Below, piece by piece: positions 9,749-19,135 of a DNA stretch of 64,000 bases (position 1 is its first letter; each line of letters opens with the position of its first letter). Both the position numbers and the translations under genes were made by a program. This stretch comes from Spirochaetia bacterium (GTDB taxonomy: Bacteria > Spirochaetota > Spirochaetia > SZUA-6 > Bin103). Where the stretch lies: contig CBDBDQ010000005.1 of NCBI GenBank assembly GCA_965203905.1, forward strand, positions 3,328,001-3,392,000, in the 5' to 3' direction. The notes beneath the pieces were generated by a model that saw only the letters and a program-made list of their open reading frames with translations, made no database searches and had not been told where the DNA came from.

Positions 9749-12031
9749 TCACACGGCGTGGCGGCGGTTCATGCGGCGCTGCGACTGCACCAGGCCGTGG
9801 TAGATGCCGCCGGCGGCCATCAGCTCGGCGTGGGTGCCCACCTCGGCGACGCGGCCCCGGTCGAGGACCAGCAGCCGGTCGGCGTGGCGCAGGGTGGAGA
9901 GGCGATGGGCGATGGCGAAGGTGGTGCGGCCCTGCATCAGCGCGAACAGGCCGGCCTGGATCAGCTCCTCGGTCTCGCTGTCGACCGCCGCGGTGGCCTC
10001 GTCCAGGATCAGGATGCGCGGGTCGTGGAGGATGGCGCGGGCAATGGCGACGCGCTGGCGCTCGCCGCCCGAGAGGCGCTGCCCGCGTTCTCCCACCAGG
10101 GTGTCGTAGCCGTCCGGGAAGGCGCAGATGAAGTCGTGCGCGCCGGCCACCTTGGCGGCGGCGATGAGTTGCCACGGGGTCGCGTCGGGCTGGGCGTAGG
10201 CGATGTTCTCGGCGATGCTCCCGGAGAACAGGAACGTCTCCTGCAGCACCACGCCAAGCTGTCGGTGCAGGTCGCGCAGATCGATGGCGCGCAGGTCGAC
10301 GCCGTCGATGGTGATGCGCCCCGCGTCCGGGTCGTACAGCCGCAGCAGGAGGTTGATCAGCGTCGACTTGCCGGCCCCGGAGTGGCCCACGATGCCGATC
10401 ATCTCCCCCGGCGCCACCTCCAGCGACACGTCGTCGAGCACCGGCTCGTGGCTCTGGTAACCGAACACCACGTCCTCGAAGCGGACTCGTCCCGCGATCG
10501 GCAGCCGCCGTGGGTGACCGCTGTCGGCCACCGTCGGCTGCTCGTCGATCACCTCGAACACCCGCTCGGCGGCGGTCATCGACTCGGCGAAGCGGCGCGG
10601 CAGGCCGGCGATCCAGATCAGCGGCCCGTACAGCAGCATCGCGTACTGGACGAACTGCACCAGCTCGCCCAGCTTCATGCGCTCGCCCAGCACCAGGTAG
10701 CCGCCCAGGGCGAACACCAGGAACTCGCCGGCGCGCATCACGAAGCCCCACAGCGGGATGTGGTTGGCCCAGGTGCGCTCGTGGGCGAACATCATGTCGC
10801 GCAGCTCGCGGCTGCGGGAGCGGAAGCGGCCGGTCTCGGCACGCTCGCGGCCGAAGGCCTTGACCACGCGGATCCCCGACAGGATGTCCTGCAGCAGGGT
10901 GTCCACCTTGTCGAACATCCGCTCCTGCTTCCGGAACAGGGAGCGCACGTGGGCCCACACGCCGCCGGCGATCAGCATCACGACCGGCACCGGGACCAGC
11001 ACCAGCACTGCCAGCCGCCACTCGCGCAGGAACAGGATCAGCGCCACGCCGACCAGGAACAGTACCTGGGCGACACTGTCGGTGAGCCAGAAGTTGATGA
11101 ACTGCTGGATGTTGCGCGTGTCCTTGCTGACCCGGTTGAGGATGTCGCCGGCGTCGCGCGTGCCCAGGTAGCCGAGGGAGAGCTTCTGCACGTTGGTGTA
11201 GACCATGCGCCGCAGGTCGCGGGCCAGGGCGTTGGAGAGCTGCGCCATGGCACGCCCGCGCAGGGCGTCGCTGAGCGCGGTCAGGCCGTAGGTGACGGCC
11301 AGCGCCCCGATCAGCGCCAGGATCGCCAGCAGGTCGGCATTGCGCGGCACCAGGTAGTCGTCGATCAGCACCCGGGTGAGCTGCGGCGGCAGCAGCGACA
11401 GCAGGGTGAAGACCACGAACAGCGCCACCGCGGCAAGCACCCAGCGCAGGTGGGCGCGGGCCAGGGTCCACAGCCGGCGCGCCATGGCGGCGCGGTTGGT
11501 GCAGGCGCGGCACACGCGGGTGCCGGGATCGCGGCGCCGTCCGCAGTTGGCGCACACCCCTTCGTCGGGAGTGTCATCGAGCGCCGGCCGCTTGCCCTCC
11601 AGCAGCAGGTTGAGACCGCGTGCGAGGGCGGCGTAGCGCGGCGCGTGGCTCATGGAGTAGCGCGCCAGGGTCTCGGCGTGCCCGTTGGCGCCGCCGTTCG
11701 CGGAAGCGGCCGGCTCCATCACCAGGCGCCCGCTTCCCACCATGTTGTCGGCGCGGAACCGGCCGGCCTGCCGCAGGGGCAGGCTGCGCCAGCCCTCCGC
11801 CCCGGCCTGCTGCAACGCGATCGCCGTATCGGTAACCACGGTCCAGCCGTGGCCGAAGGTGCCGTCCGCGGTCAGGTCCGCCGGTATGGCGTAACGGACC
11901 TCCGGCGCGGCCGGAACTTCCGGTGCGGCGTGTCCCGCCGGCGCGGTGCTTGCGGCAGGCAGCTCGGCGCCGTCGAGGTGGGCGGCCAGCTCCGCGGCGA
12001 CCTCGGCCGGAAGCTCGTAGCGCAGCCTCAC
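9749..12031 (-). CDS. ABC transporter fused TMD-NBD with N-terminal extension and Cys4 ribbon
   Basis: GHSGAGKST, LSGGERQR, LILDEAT, IAHRLST; CANC..CRAC precedes the TMD. Confidence 0.9.
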   Translation of the reverse strand: MRLRYELPAEVAAELAAHLDGAELPAASTAPAGHAAPEVPAAPEVRYAIPADLTADGTFGHGWTVVTDTAIALQQAGAEGWRSLPLRQAGRFRADNMVGSGRLVMEPAASANGGANGHAETLARYSMSHAPRYAALARGLNLLLEGKRPALDDTPDEGVCANCGRRRDPGTRVCRACTNRAAMARRLWTLARAHLRWVLAAVALFVVFTLLSLLPPQLTRVLIDDYLVPRNADLLAILALIGALAVTYGLTALSDALRGRAMAQLSNALARDLRRMVYTNVQKLSLGYLGTRDAGDILNRVSKDTRNIQQFINFWLTDSVAQVLFLVGVALILFLREWRLAVLVLVPVPVVMLIAGGVWAHVRSLFRKQERMFDKVDTLLQDILSGIRVVKAFGRERAETGRFRSRSRELRDMMFAHERTWANHIPLWGFVMRAGEFLVFALGGYLVLGERMKLGELVQFVQYAMLLYGPLIWIAGLPRRFAESMTAAERVFEVIDEQPTVADSGHPRRLPIAGRVRFEDVVFGYQSHEPVLDDVSLEVAPGEMIGIVGHSGAGKSTLINLLLRLYDPDAGRITIDGVDLRAIDLRDLHRQLGVVLQETFLFSGSIAENIAYAQPDATPWQLIAAAKVAGAHDFICAFPDGYDTLVGERGQRLSGGERQRVAIARAILHDPRILILDEATAAVDSETEELIQAGLFALMQGRTTFAIAHRLSTLRHADRLLVLDRGRVAEVGTHAELMAAGGIYHGLVQSQRRMNRRHAV

Positions 12032-12585
12032 AGCAGGGTCTCCAGGGTGCGCAGCACGCTCCGGTCGAGGCGCGCGTAGTCGTCCACGGAGAAGCGGTTG
12101 CCGTCCACGTCGACGATCAGCAGGCGGCGCTCCCCCACCACGGTCACGTTGTTCTTGCCACTCTGCACCGTGAAGCGCCGCGGGCCGGCGTCGGTGTCGA
12201 CCAGCCAGTAGGAGTAGCCGAATTCCTCCTTCACGGAGCGCACCTGCCGGATGGCCGGGGTGAAGTAGCGCCGCTCCAGCTCGGCGCGCAGCAGTGCCGC
12301 CTGGTCGGGGGCCAGATCGGCGAGAGACTCGAGGATGCCGATCTCGTTGCCGTCGGCGTCGCGCAGGGAGAGGTAGCGGTCGGCGTCGCTCAATGGAAAG
12401 GTGCGGTAGGCGTTGATCCGCGGATAGTGCTCGGTCTGTTCTCCGGCGGTGACGGTCAGCGCCAGGAAGCCGCCTGCGGTGGCCGCGAGGTGCAGCGCGC
12501 CGGCGGGCAGCAGCCGTACCTCGGCCTGGCCCAAGGCTCCCCCCGCCGCGCCGTCGGGTCCGCTCGCCGCGCGTCGTTCGCTCAT
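12028..12585 (-). CDS. DUF1854 family protein
   Basis: R.FPLS...YLSL.D..G.EIG, EL..RYF.P.I, W.V.TD.G and D.DGNRF motifs; overlaps both flanking ABC genes. Confidence 0.85.
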   Translation of the reverse strand: MSERRAASGPDGAAGGALGQAEVRLLPAGALHLAATAGGFLALTVTAGEQTEHYPRINAYRTFPLSDADRYLSLRDADGNEIGILESLADLAPDQAALLRAELERRYFTPAIRQVRSVKEEFGYSYWLVDTDAGPRRFTVQSGKNNVTVVGERRLLIVDVDGNRFSVDDYARLDRSVLRTLETLL

Positions 12586-14879
12586 CGCGTGGCTCCGATC
12601 CCGATCACCGCCAAGGCGTCCTGCTGCTTGCGCACCAGGCGGCAGTAGATGCCCCCGGCTGCCATCAGCTCGTCGTGGGTGCCCTGCTCCACCAGGCGCC
12701 CCTTATCCACCACCACCAGCCGGTCCGCCATGCGCAGCGTCGACAGGCGGTGGGCGATGGCGATGGTGGTGCGGCCGTGGATCAGCCGCTCCAGAGCCTG
12801 CTGAATCATCTCCTCGGTAGCCGAATCCACCGACGAGGTCGCCTCGTCGAGGATCAGGATGCGCGGGTCCAGCAGCACCGCGCGGGCGATCGACAGGCGC
12901 TGCCGCTCGCCGCCGGAGAGCCCGTGGCCGCGGCTGCCGATCACGGTGTCGTAACCGTTGGGCAGGGTGGTGATGAAGTCGTGCGCGAACGCCGCGCGCG
13001 CGGCGGCGACGATCTCGGCCCGGCTGGCGTCGGGCCGGCCGTAGGCGATGTTCTCGGCCACGCTGCCGGCGAACAGGTAAGGATCCTGCAGGATGATGCC
13101 GACCTGCCGGCGCAGATCGGCGCTGCGCAGGTCGCGCACGTCGATGCCGTCGATCAGCACCTGGCCGACGCCGGTGTCGTAGAGCCGCGTCATCAGGTTG
13201 ATCAGGGTCGACTTGCCGGCGCCGGTGTGCCCGACCAGGCCCACCGTCTCGCCCGCGGCCACCCGCAGGTCGACGTCGTGCAGCACCGGCTTGTTGGGCT
13301 CGTAGCCGAAGCTGACCCCACGCAGTTCCACCTCGCCGCGCAGCGCCGGCAGTGGCACCGGGTCGGCGCGCTCGGCCACTTCGGGCACGCTGTCGACGAT
13401 CTCGAAGATGCGCTGCGCCGAATTCATCGCCTGCGACCACCACTCCACCACCTTGGTCATGAAGCGCAGCGGCTCGTACAGCAGGGCGACGAAGCCGACG
13501 AAGCTCATCAGCACGCCGAAGGTCAGGTCTCCGGCCACGATCTGCCAGCCGCCGACCGCCCACACGATCAGGCCGCCGAGTTGGGTGAGGAAGGCGACCG
13601 TGGGAAACAGGGTGGCAAGGGTGCGCTGGGTGTGACGGTGGGAGCGGTACACCTCGTCGTTGGCCGGCCGGAAGCGTTCGATCTCCTCCCGCTCCTTGCC
13701 GAACGCCTTGACCACCCGGACCCCGCTCAGGGAGTCCTCCACCAGGCCGTTGAGGATCGCCAGCGAGCGGTACTGGCGGCTGAACAGGCGCCAGAGCTGC
13801 GGCACGCGCAGCTTGATGATCAGCACCACGAAGGGCGCGGGGATCAGCAGCAGCAGCGCCAGCGACCAGTCGAGGGCGATCATGGCGGACACGATCGCCA
13901 CGATCTGGACCAGGTTGACGATGAAGAAGGGCAGCCCGTCGATGAAGAAGTAGTTGAGGTTCATGGAGTCGTGGTTCACCCGCACCATGAGCCCGCCGGT
14001 CTGCTTGCGGGCGAAGAACCCCAGCGACAGCCGCTGCAGCGCCTCGAAGATCTGGTTCTTGAGATCGTAGATCATGCTCACCGAGACGCGGGCGGTGATG
14101 CGCATGTGGATCACCTCGGCCAGTACCCCGAGAGCGTGAACCGCCACCAGCAGCGCGATCAGCTCGGCCAGGTGGCCGTAGTAGCGTCCCGCCGGGTCGA
14201 GCACGTCGTCGAACAGCACCCGGCCGCTGAGCAGCGGCGCCACGGTGCGCAGGGCGCTGGCGCCGATCATGGCGGCCAGGATCAGCACCACCCAGCCACG
14301 GTAGGGGCGCAGGTAGCCGAGCACGCGCAGAAACAGGCCGCGCTTGTCGATGCAGCGGGGACAGACGCTGCGCTCCTGGTCGGGATAGCGCAGCCCGCAG
14401 CGCGGGCAGTTGCGCTCCCGCTCCTGCTCAGCCGCGGGTGCCCGCTCCCCCTTCTGCAGCGCGGCAACCGCGCGCGCGAAGCTCTCGAAGCGCTGCGCCT
14501 CGCTGTTGGTGAAACGCAGCAGGAGGCGTTCCAGGTCGGCGTCGTCCGCCGGCTCGGCAGGTGACGCCGGGGCCACGTCCCCGTCGCCGTTGCCGGCAGC
14601 AGGTGCCGCGGCGTCGGTCCCGGCGCCCGCTGGACGGGTCATCAGCAGGCCCCCGGTAACCAGGGCCTGCACCTGCATCTCGCCGAGATCGGCCAGCGGG
14701 TAGGAGTCGACGCGGGCGGCGTTCACCAGGTGCAGCGCGGTAGCCGTGGCCAGCGCCCACTGCGACCCGTAGCGGCCGTCGGCGTCCAGGTCGGAACGCA
14801 CCGCGTGCCGCACCTCGTCCGGGCGCACGCCTGCCGCCGCGAGCCGGTCGCGGATCTGCTGCGGGACTACCTCGTTCAT
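12582..14879 (-). CDS. ABC transporter fused TMD-NBD with N-terminal extension and Cys4 ribbon
   Basis: GHTGAGKST, LSGGERQR, LILDEATS; CPRC..CPRC precedes the TMD. Confidence 0.9.
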   Translation of the reverse strand: MNEVVPQQIRDRLAAAGVRPDEVRHAVRSDLDADGRYGSQWALATATALHLVNAARVDSYPLADLGEMQVQALVTGGLLMTRPAGAGTDAAAPAAGNGDGDVAPASPAEPADDADLERLLLRFTNSEAQRFESFARAVAALQKGERAPAAEQERERNCPRCGLRYPDQERSVCPRCIDKRGLFLRVLGYLRPYRGWVVLILAAMIGASALRTVAPLLSGRVLFDDVLDPAGRYYGHLAELIALLVAVHALGVLAEVIHMRITARVSVSMIYDLKNQIFEALQRLSLGFFARKQTGGLMVRVNHDSMNLNYFFIDGLPFFIVNLVQIVAIVSAMIALDWSLALLLLIPAPFVVLIIKLRVPQLWRLFSRQYRSLAILNGLVEDSLSGVRVVKAFGKEREEIERFRPANDEVYRSHRHTQRTLATLFPTVAFLTQLGGLIVWAVGGWQIVAGDLTFGVLMSFVGFVALLYEPLRFMTKVVEWWSQAMNSAQRIFEIVDSVPEVAERADPVPLPALRGEVELRGVSFGYEPNKPVLHDVDLRVAAGETVGLVGHTGAGKSTLINLMTRLYDTGVGQVLIDGIDVRDLRSADLRRQVGIILQDPYLFAGSVAENIAYGRPDASRAEIVAAARAAFAHDFITTLPNGYDTVIGSRGHGLSGGERQRLSIARAVLLDPRILILDEATSSVDSATEEMIQQALERLIHGRTTIAIAHRLSTLRMADRLVVVDKGRLVEQGTHDELMAAGGIYCRLVRKQQDALAVIGIGATR

Positions 14880-15006
14880 CTCCCGGAGCGGTCAATATAA
14901 TCCGCTCCCCCGGCGAATCCGAGCGGACTCCGCTCATCCGGATCGGCCCCGCCGCAGCGCGGACGCTCGCCAGTACCCATGGACGATGACGTACCCTGGC
15001 CTGTAT

Positions 15007-15042
15007 GTGCAGGTCGTGCAGGTCGTGCAGGTCGTGCAGGTC
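15007..15042. repeat. Tandem repeat (GTGCAGGTC)x4
   Basis: Four exact 9-bp units read directly. Confidence 0.95.
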
Positions 15043-15235
15043 GGCGAGCGGTCCAGGAACCACGCCGGCGCAGGCGGGCAGGATCGGTCCGTTCGCGAAA
15101 TGGCGAATTTTCTTGTCACTTTCGCGACTGTTACGCCAATTCGTGAATTTGACAGATTGAATGGATCTACGATGTTGGCTCTTCTCATTCGTCAATTTGG
15201 AGAGACGATTTGCTTGCGCTGGTTTAATGTTGTGC

Positions 15236-15345
15236 CTACGAGCCCGATCTATCGCGAATTCGCGAACTTCAGAGTAGGTTCGCGAAGTTTCCGCCGATTT
15301 CGCGAATTCGCGAGAGAGAATTCAGTGCTCAGGCGAGGATTGGGG
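15236..15345 (+). repeat. TCGCGA-array element, copy 1 (putative regulatory)
   Basis: TCGCGA at 15252, 15260, 15280, 15300 and 15308 (also at 15093 and 15122). Homologous to the reverse complement of 63160-63270. Confidence 0.75.
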
Positions 15346-15433
15346 CGCTGTAATTGCCCTTTCCTATTTCGGCGCTGCATGGCAGCCTGGGAAAATCAAG
15401 TCTGCGTCATGCAGGCAATGGTAGGAGGATCGA

Positions 15434-16066
15434 ATGACAAGAATAGTGGCGGTTGCGGGCGTTGCGGTGGTTGCGGCGATGGCGGTGCTGGCCGGTTGCG
15501 CCCGTGGTCCGGGGGCCATGGAGATGGATTACGCCAAGGAGCTCGCGGGAACCTATACGGGTGTTATACCGGAGCGGCCCGTGGAAAACCCATTCGCCAA
15601 CGTGCCGGCGGAGCAGATACCTGCACCGTTGGCTCCTCTCGTGGCTCAGTTGCCACCGATGCTCAACGCGGCAAGCGCCATAACGCTCGTAGCCACCGAC
15701 ATCGAGGACAATAAGAACAGCGGCACGTTCACGTTTACCTTGACCAACACCGTTGCCGGCTTGCCGCCGGGCACTCCGTCGGCTGGGATCGTGTACACGC
15801 TGACCGGCTCCCTCACGATCGACTCGTCGGAGATCTCCACTTCCGGCATAGTGGTCGAGGCGGCCGCCCAGGTCAATGAGGTGGTCATACCGCTCCCCAG
15901 CAGTGTTCTTCGGCCTGATGCTCTACAGATCCTCGAAGCGGACCCGGTGTTCGGCTATGAGCTGTCGGGTGACACGTTGAAGCTCACCAATGTGGGCATG
16001 CCCGTCCTGCTGCAACTGCCGCCGAGCGATACGACGCTCACGCTCACCAGGCAGCCGCCGAGCTGA
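15434..16066 (+). CDS. Hypothetical lipoprotein
   Basis: SD AGGAGG, hydrophobic signal peptide and lipobox LAGC. No family recognised. Confidence 0.75.
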   Translation: MTRIVAVAGVAVVAAMAVLAGCARGPGAMEMDYAKELAGTYTGVIPERPVENPFANVPAEQIPAPLAPLVAQLPPMLNAASAITLVATDIEDNKNSGTFTFTLTNTVAGLPPGTPSAGIVYTLTGSLTIDSSEISTSGIVVEAAAQVNEVVIPLPSSVLRPDALQILEADPVFGYELSGDTLKLTNVGMPVLLQLPPSDTTLTLTRQPPS

Positions 16067-16128
16067 ACGCAGGGACCCCGAGACGGAGCGGGCACCGTGT
16101 AGAGACTCGGTGGGTTCCTCGCGCGCAC

Positions 16129-16168
16129 AGCCGGCCGCGCCCCGCAAACTGCGGCGGCGCGGCCGGCG
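16129..16168. terminator. GC-rich hairpin (terminator/REP-like)
   Basis: GCCGGCCGCGC...GCGCGGCCGGC stem downstream of the lipoprotein gene; no clear U-tract. Confidence 0.4.
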
Positions 16169-16336
16169 TAGCCTGCAACAGGTAACGGTCATCGGCGTCG
16201 AGGGCAGGAGACGGCAGGCGTAATCGGTCTCGTCGCGACTTGCCGGATCGCAAACGTCTATCACTTGGCCCCGACGAGATGGCCACCGTGTGCAGGTAGT
16301 GTGCGGCTTGTCGGGGCCAATGCCGATACCATGTGC

Positions 16337-17857
16337 ATGGCCACCCCCTTCTTCAGCGCCGCCATCGGCCACGAGACCAACACCTTCGCCGTCACGCCGA
16401 CGCGGCTGGCGGACTTCGACTTCGCCGGAGCGCCGGCGCCGGACGCCTCGCCGGAGCGGATCCGGCGCCGCTTCCAAGGCACCCGCACCGTGCACGGCGG
16501 CTATCTGGCAGCCGCAGCCGAGCTGGGCTTCGAGCTGGAGCCGCTGCTGTGGGCATTCGCCACGCCCGCGGGGGTGGTGGAGCGCGGCGCCTACGAAGAG
16601 CTCGCCGATGTGCTGCTGGAACGACTCGCCCGGCGCCGCCGTGAGGCCGGCTGCCGCGGCGTGCTGCTGGACCTGCACGGCGCCATGGTGAGCGAGCACC
16701 TGGAGGACGTCGAGGGCGACCTGATCGAGCGCACGCGGGCGGTGGTAGGGACCGATACGCCAGTCGTGGTGACCCTGGACCTGCACGCCAATGTGACCGC
16801 GCGCATGGCCGCCCACGCCGACGCCATCATCGGCTTCGAGGAGTATCCCCACGTGGATGCCTTCGAGCGCGGGGTGCAGGCGGGACGGCTGATCCACTCC
16901 GCGGCGGCGGGCGCGGTGCGCCCGCGGCTGGCGTACGTGCAGCTGCCGCTCGTGACCATGCCGCCGCGGCAGTGCACGCTGATAGCGCCAGCTCGGTCCC
17001 TGATGCGGCGGGCGCAGGCGATGGAGCGGGATCCGGCAGTGCTGGACGCCTCCATCGCCTACGGTTTCCCGTTCGCCGACATCCGCGACGCCGGCACCTC
17101 GGTGCTGGTCACCGCCAACGGCTCGGCGGATCTGGCCGCGGCGCGCGCGGAGGAGCTCGCCCGCGCCGTGTGGCGCCGGCGTCGCGCCTTCGACGTGACC
17201 CTGACACCGGTAGCGGAGGCGATCCGCTACGCGCGCGAGGAAGCGGCCGGGCTGGTGGTGCTGGCCGACGGCTCCGACAACCCGGGCGGAGGCGGCCCGT
17301 GCGACGGCACGGTGGTGCTGCGCGAGCTGCTTGCGGCCGGAATGGAGGACGCGGTGGTGGCGGTGATCGCAGATCCGGAGGTGGTGGCGGCCGCCGCGGT
17401 GGCCGGAGTGGGGGCCACGATCGAGGTGCGCCTCGGCGGCAAGACCGACCGCCGCCACGGCGACCCGGTGGCGCTGCGGGCGGCGGTACGGCTGCTGTCG
17501 GACGGCCGCTTCGTGACCCGCAGCCGCATGGGTGCGGGCGGCGTGACCGAGATGGGCCGCACCGCGGTGCTGCAGTGCGGCGGCGTCCGGGTGGTGGTGA
17601 CCGAGCGCCGGGTGCAGCCGCTCGACGCGGAGCTGCTGCGCAGCGTCGGCATCGAGCCGCGGGCGCAGCGGCTGGTGGCGCTCAAGTCGGCGGTGCACTT
17701 CCGCAGCACGTACCAGCAGATCGCCGAGCGCATCTTCGACCTCGACACGCCGGGCGTGCACCGCCCCGACTTCGCCGCCTACCGGTACCGCCGCCTGCGC
17801 CCGGGCCTGTACCCGCTCGACCGGGACGCCCGCTTCCCGCCGCCCGGTCGCGGCTGA
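16337..17857 (+). CDS. M81 family metallopeptidase (MlrC-like)
   Basis: HETNTF, LDLHGAMV, LDLHANV, YPHVD, DNPGGG and LKSAVHFR motifs. Confidence 0.9.
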   Translation: MATPFFSAAIGHETNTFAVTPTRLADFDFAGAPAPDASPERIRRRFQGTRTVHGGYLAAAAELGFELEPLLWAFATPAGVVERGAYEELADVLLERLARRRREAGCRGVLLDLHGAMVSEHLEDVEGDLIERTRAVVGTDTPVVVTLDLHANVTARMAAHADAIIGFEEYPHVDAFERGVQAGRLIHSAAAGAVRPRLAYVQLPLVTMPPRQCTLIAPARSLMRRAQAMERDPAVLDASIAYGFPFADIRDAGTSVLVTANGSADLAAARAEELARAVWRRRRAFDVTLTPVAEAIRYAREEAAGLVVLADGSDNPGGGGPCDGTVVLRELLAAGMEDAVVAVIADPEVVAAAAVAGVGATIEVRLGGKTDRRHGDPVALRAAVRLLSDGRFVTRSRMGAGGVTEMGRTAVLQCGGVRVVVTERRVQPLDAELLRSVGIEPRAQRLVALKSAVHFRSTYQQIAERIFDLDTPGVHRPDFAAYRYRRLRPGLYPLDRDARFPPPGRG

Positions 17858-18056
17858 CTCAGGAGGTCGCCAACGACCGCCTGCAGCCGGGCCTCGGAGT
17901 CGCCCGGTCCGAGTTCGTTCTTCTGTACGGCATGGCGGATCCGCAGACCGCGGCGCAGGCGCGAGAGCGCAGCTTGGCGACCGCGCTTCGCCTCGGGAGG
18001 AATTTCCTCACGGCCGCGGGACAGCGCTAGTGGCCGGCGCGGGATCCACTGAGCGG

Positions 18057-18977
18057 CTATGACGGCCCGAAGTGCTCGCCCCAGTGTGCGGCGAGGCCGT
18101 GTCCCTCATGTTCCAGCGCCTGCCGTTCGGCAGACGTGAGGGGGCGCGTACGCCGTGCCCAGCGGACGTTCTGCTCCACCTCGGCCAGGTCGAACATGCC
18201 GATCACCGCGATCGCGACTCCGTCCTGATCCAGCGCCCAGCGCAGCGCGCGCTCGTGATCGACCGGTCCCAGCTCGCTGAGGGCCGCCGGTGTCGGGGCG
18301 GCGTAGCGCATCCCGGTGGCGCCGCCGTATACCTTCATCGCCGCTACCCCCACATCGCGGCGGCGCGCTTCCGGCAGCACCAGGCGCTCGAAGCCATAGG
18401 TATGCTGGTCGCCGTAGTTGACGGCGACCATGATCACGTCCACCTCGCACTCGCGCAGCACGCGCGCGGAGTTCCGCGGACGGTTGTGCGAGGTGAAGCC
18501 GACGAACCGCGTCATGCCGGCACGCTGCGCCTGCCGCAGCCCCGCGAGCGCGCCATCGGCGGCCAACACCCGGTCGACGTCGCGACCGCCGAGGCTGTGC
18601 ACATAGGCGATGTCGACGTGATCGGTGCCGAGGACCTCCAGCGATTCGCTCAGCGAGGCGAGCGCCTCCGCCGCGCCGTCAACCGGTACCTTGGTTGCCA
18701 CGATCACCTCGTCGCGACGTTCTGCCAGCACGGAACGCAGTTGCCGCTGGGCCCGTTCGTAGGCGGGTGCGGTGTCGAGGTAGGTGACGCCCCGATCAAT
18801 GGCGTGATGCAAGAGCTCGATGGCGTCCCGGTCGCTGAGCCCCGACCCGCCGGGAGCGGTGCCGTAGCCGACCAGCGGTACGCGGAGTTCGGTCTTGCCC
18901 AACCGGCGAGTCGGCAGCGGAGTGGTGGTAGCAGCCCGCGGAAGCTGCGCTACCGCGGCACTGTGCAGTCCGATCAT
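18057..18977 (-). CDS. Aldo/keto reductase
   Basis: RRLGKT, YLDTAPAY, VATK, SL..LGTDHVD...VH and AMKVYGG motifs. Confidence 0.9.
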   Translation of the reverse strand: MIGLHSAAVAQLPRAATTTPLPTRRLGKTELRVPLVGYGTAPGGSGLSDRDAIELLHHAIDRGVTYLDTAPAYERAQRQLRSVLAERRDEVIVATKVPVDGAAEALASLSESLEVLGTDHVDIAYVHSLGGRDVDRVLAADGALAGLRQAQRAGMTRFVGFTSHNRPRNSARVLRECEVDVIMVAVNYGDQHTYGFERLVLPEARRRDVGVAAMKVYGGATGMRYAAPTPAALSELGPVDHERALRWALDQDGVAIAVIGMFDLAEVEQNVRWARRTRPLTSAERQALEHEGHGLAAHWGEHFGPS

Positions 18978-19135
18978 GCCTGCGATTGTACCTCCACGGC
19001 CCACGGTGAGCCATGGTGCGCGTACCAGTCTCTCCGTGAGTCGGCTGCTGGCCTGTGCTCGGACCTCGGCGCGCGTTGAGCGAGGGGCGGCCCGTGGGCT
19101 GGCCGCCGGCCGGGGTATCATCCATACTGTCGCGC

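Noticed and set aside
15007-15345. Possible CRISPR or mini-array
   Set aside because: No 23-47-bp repeats with unique spacers and no cas genes in the window.
17858-18030. Possible C-terminal gene scrap after the MlrC-like gene (a similar one at 35112-35264)
   Set aside because: No recognisable family motif; cannot be supported without a search.
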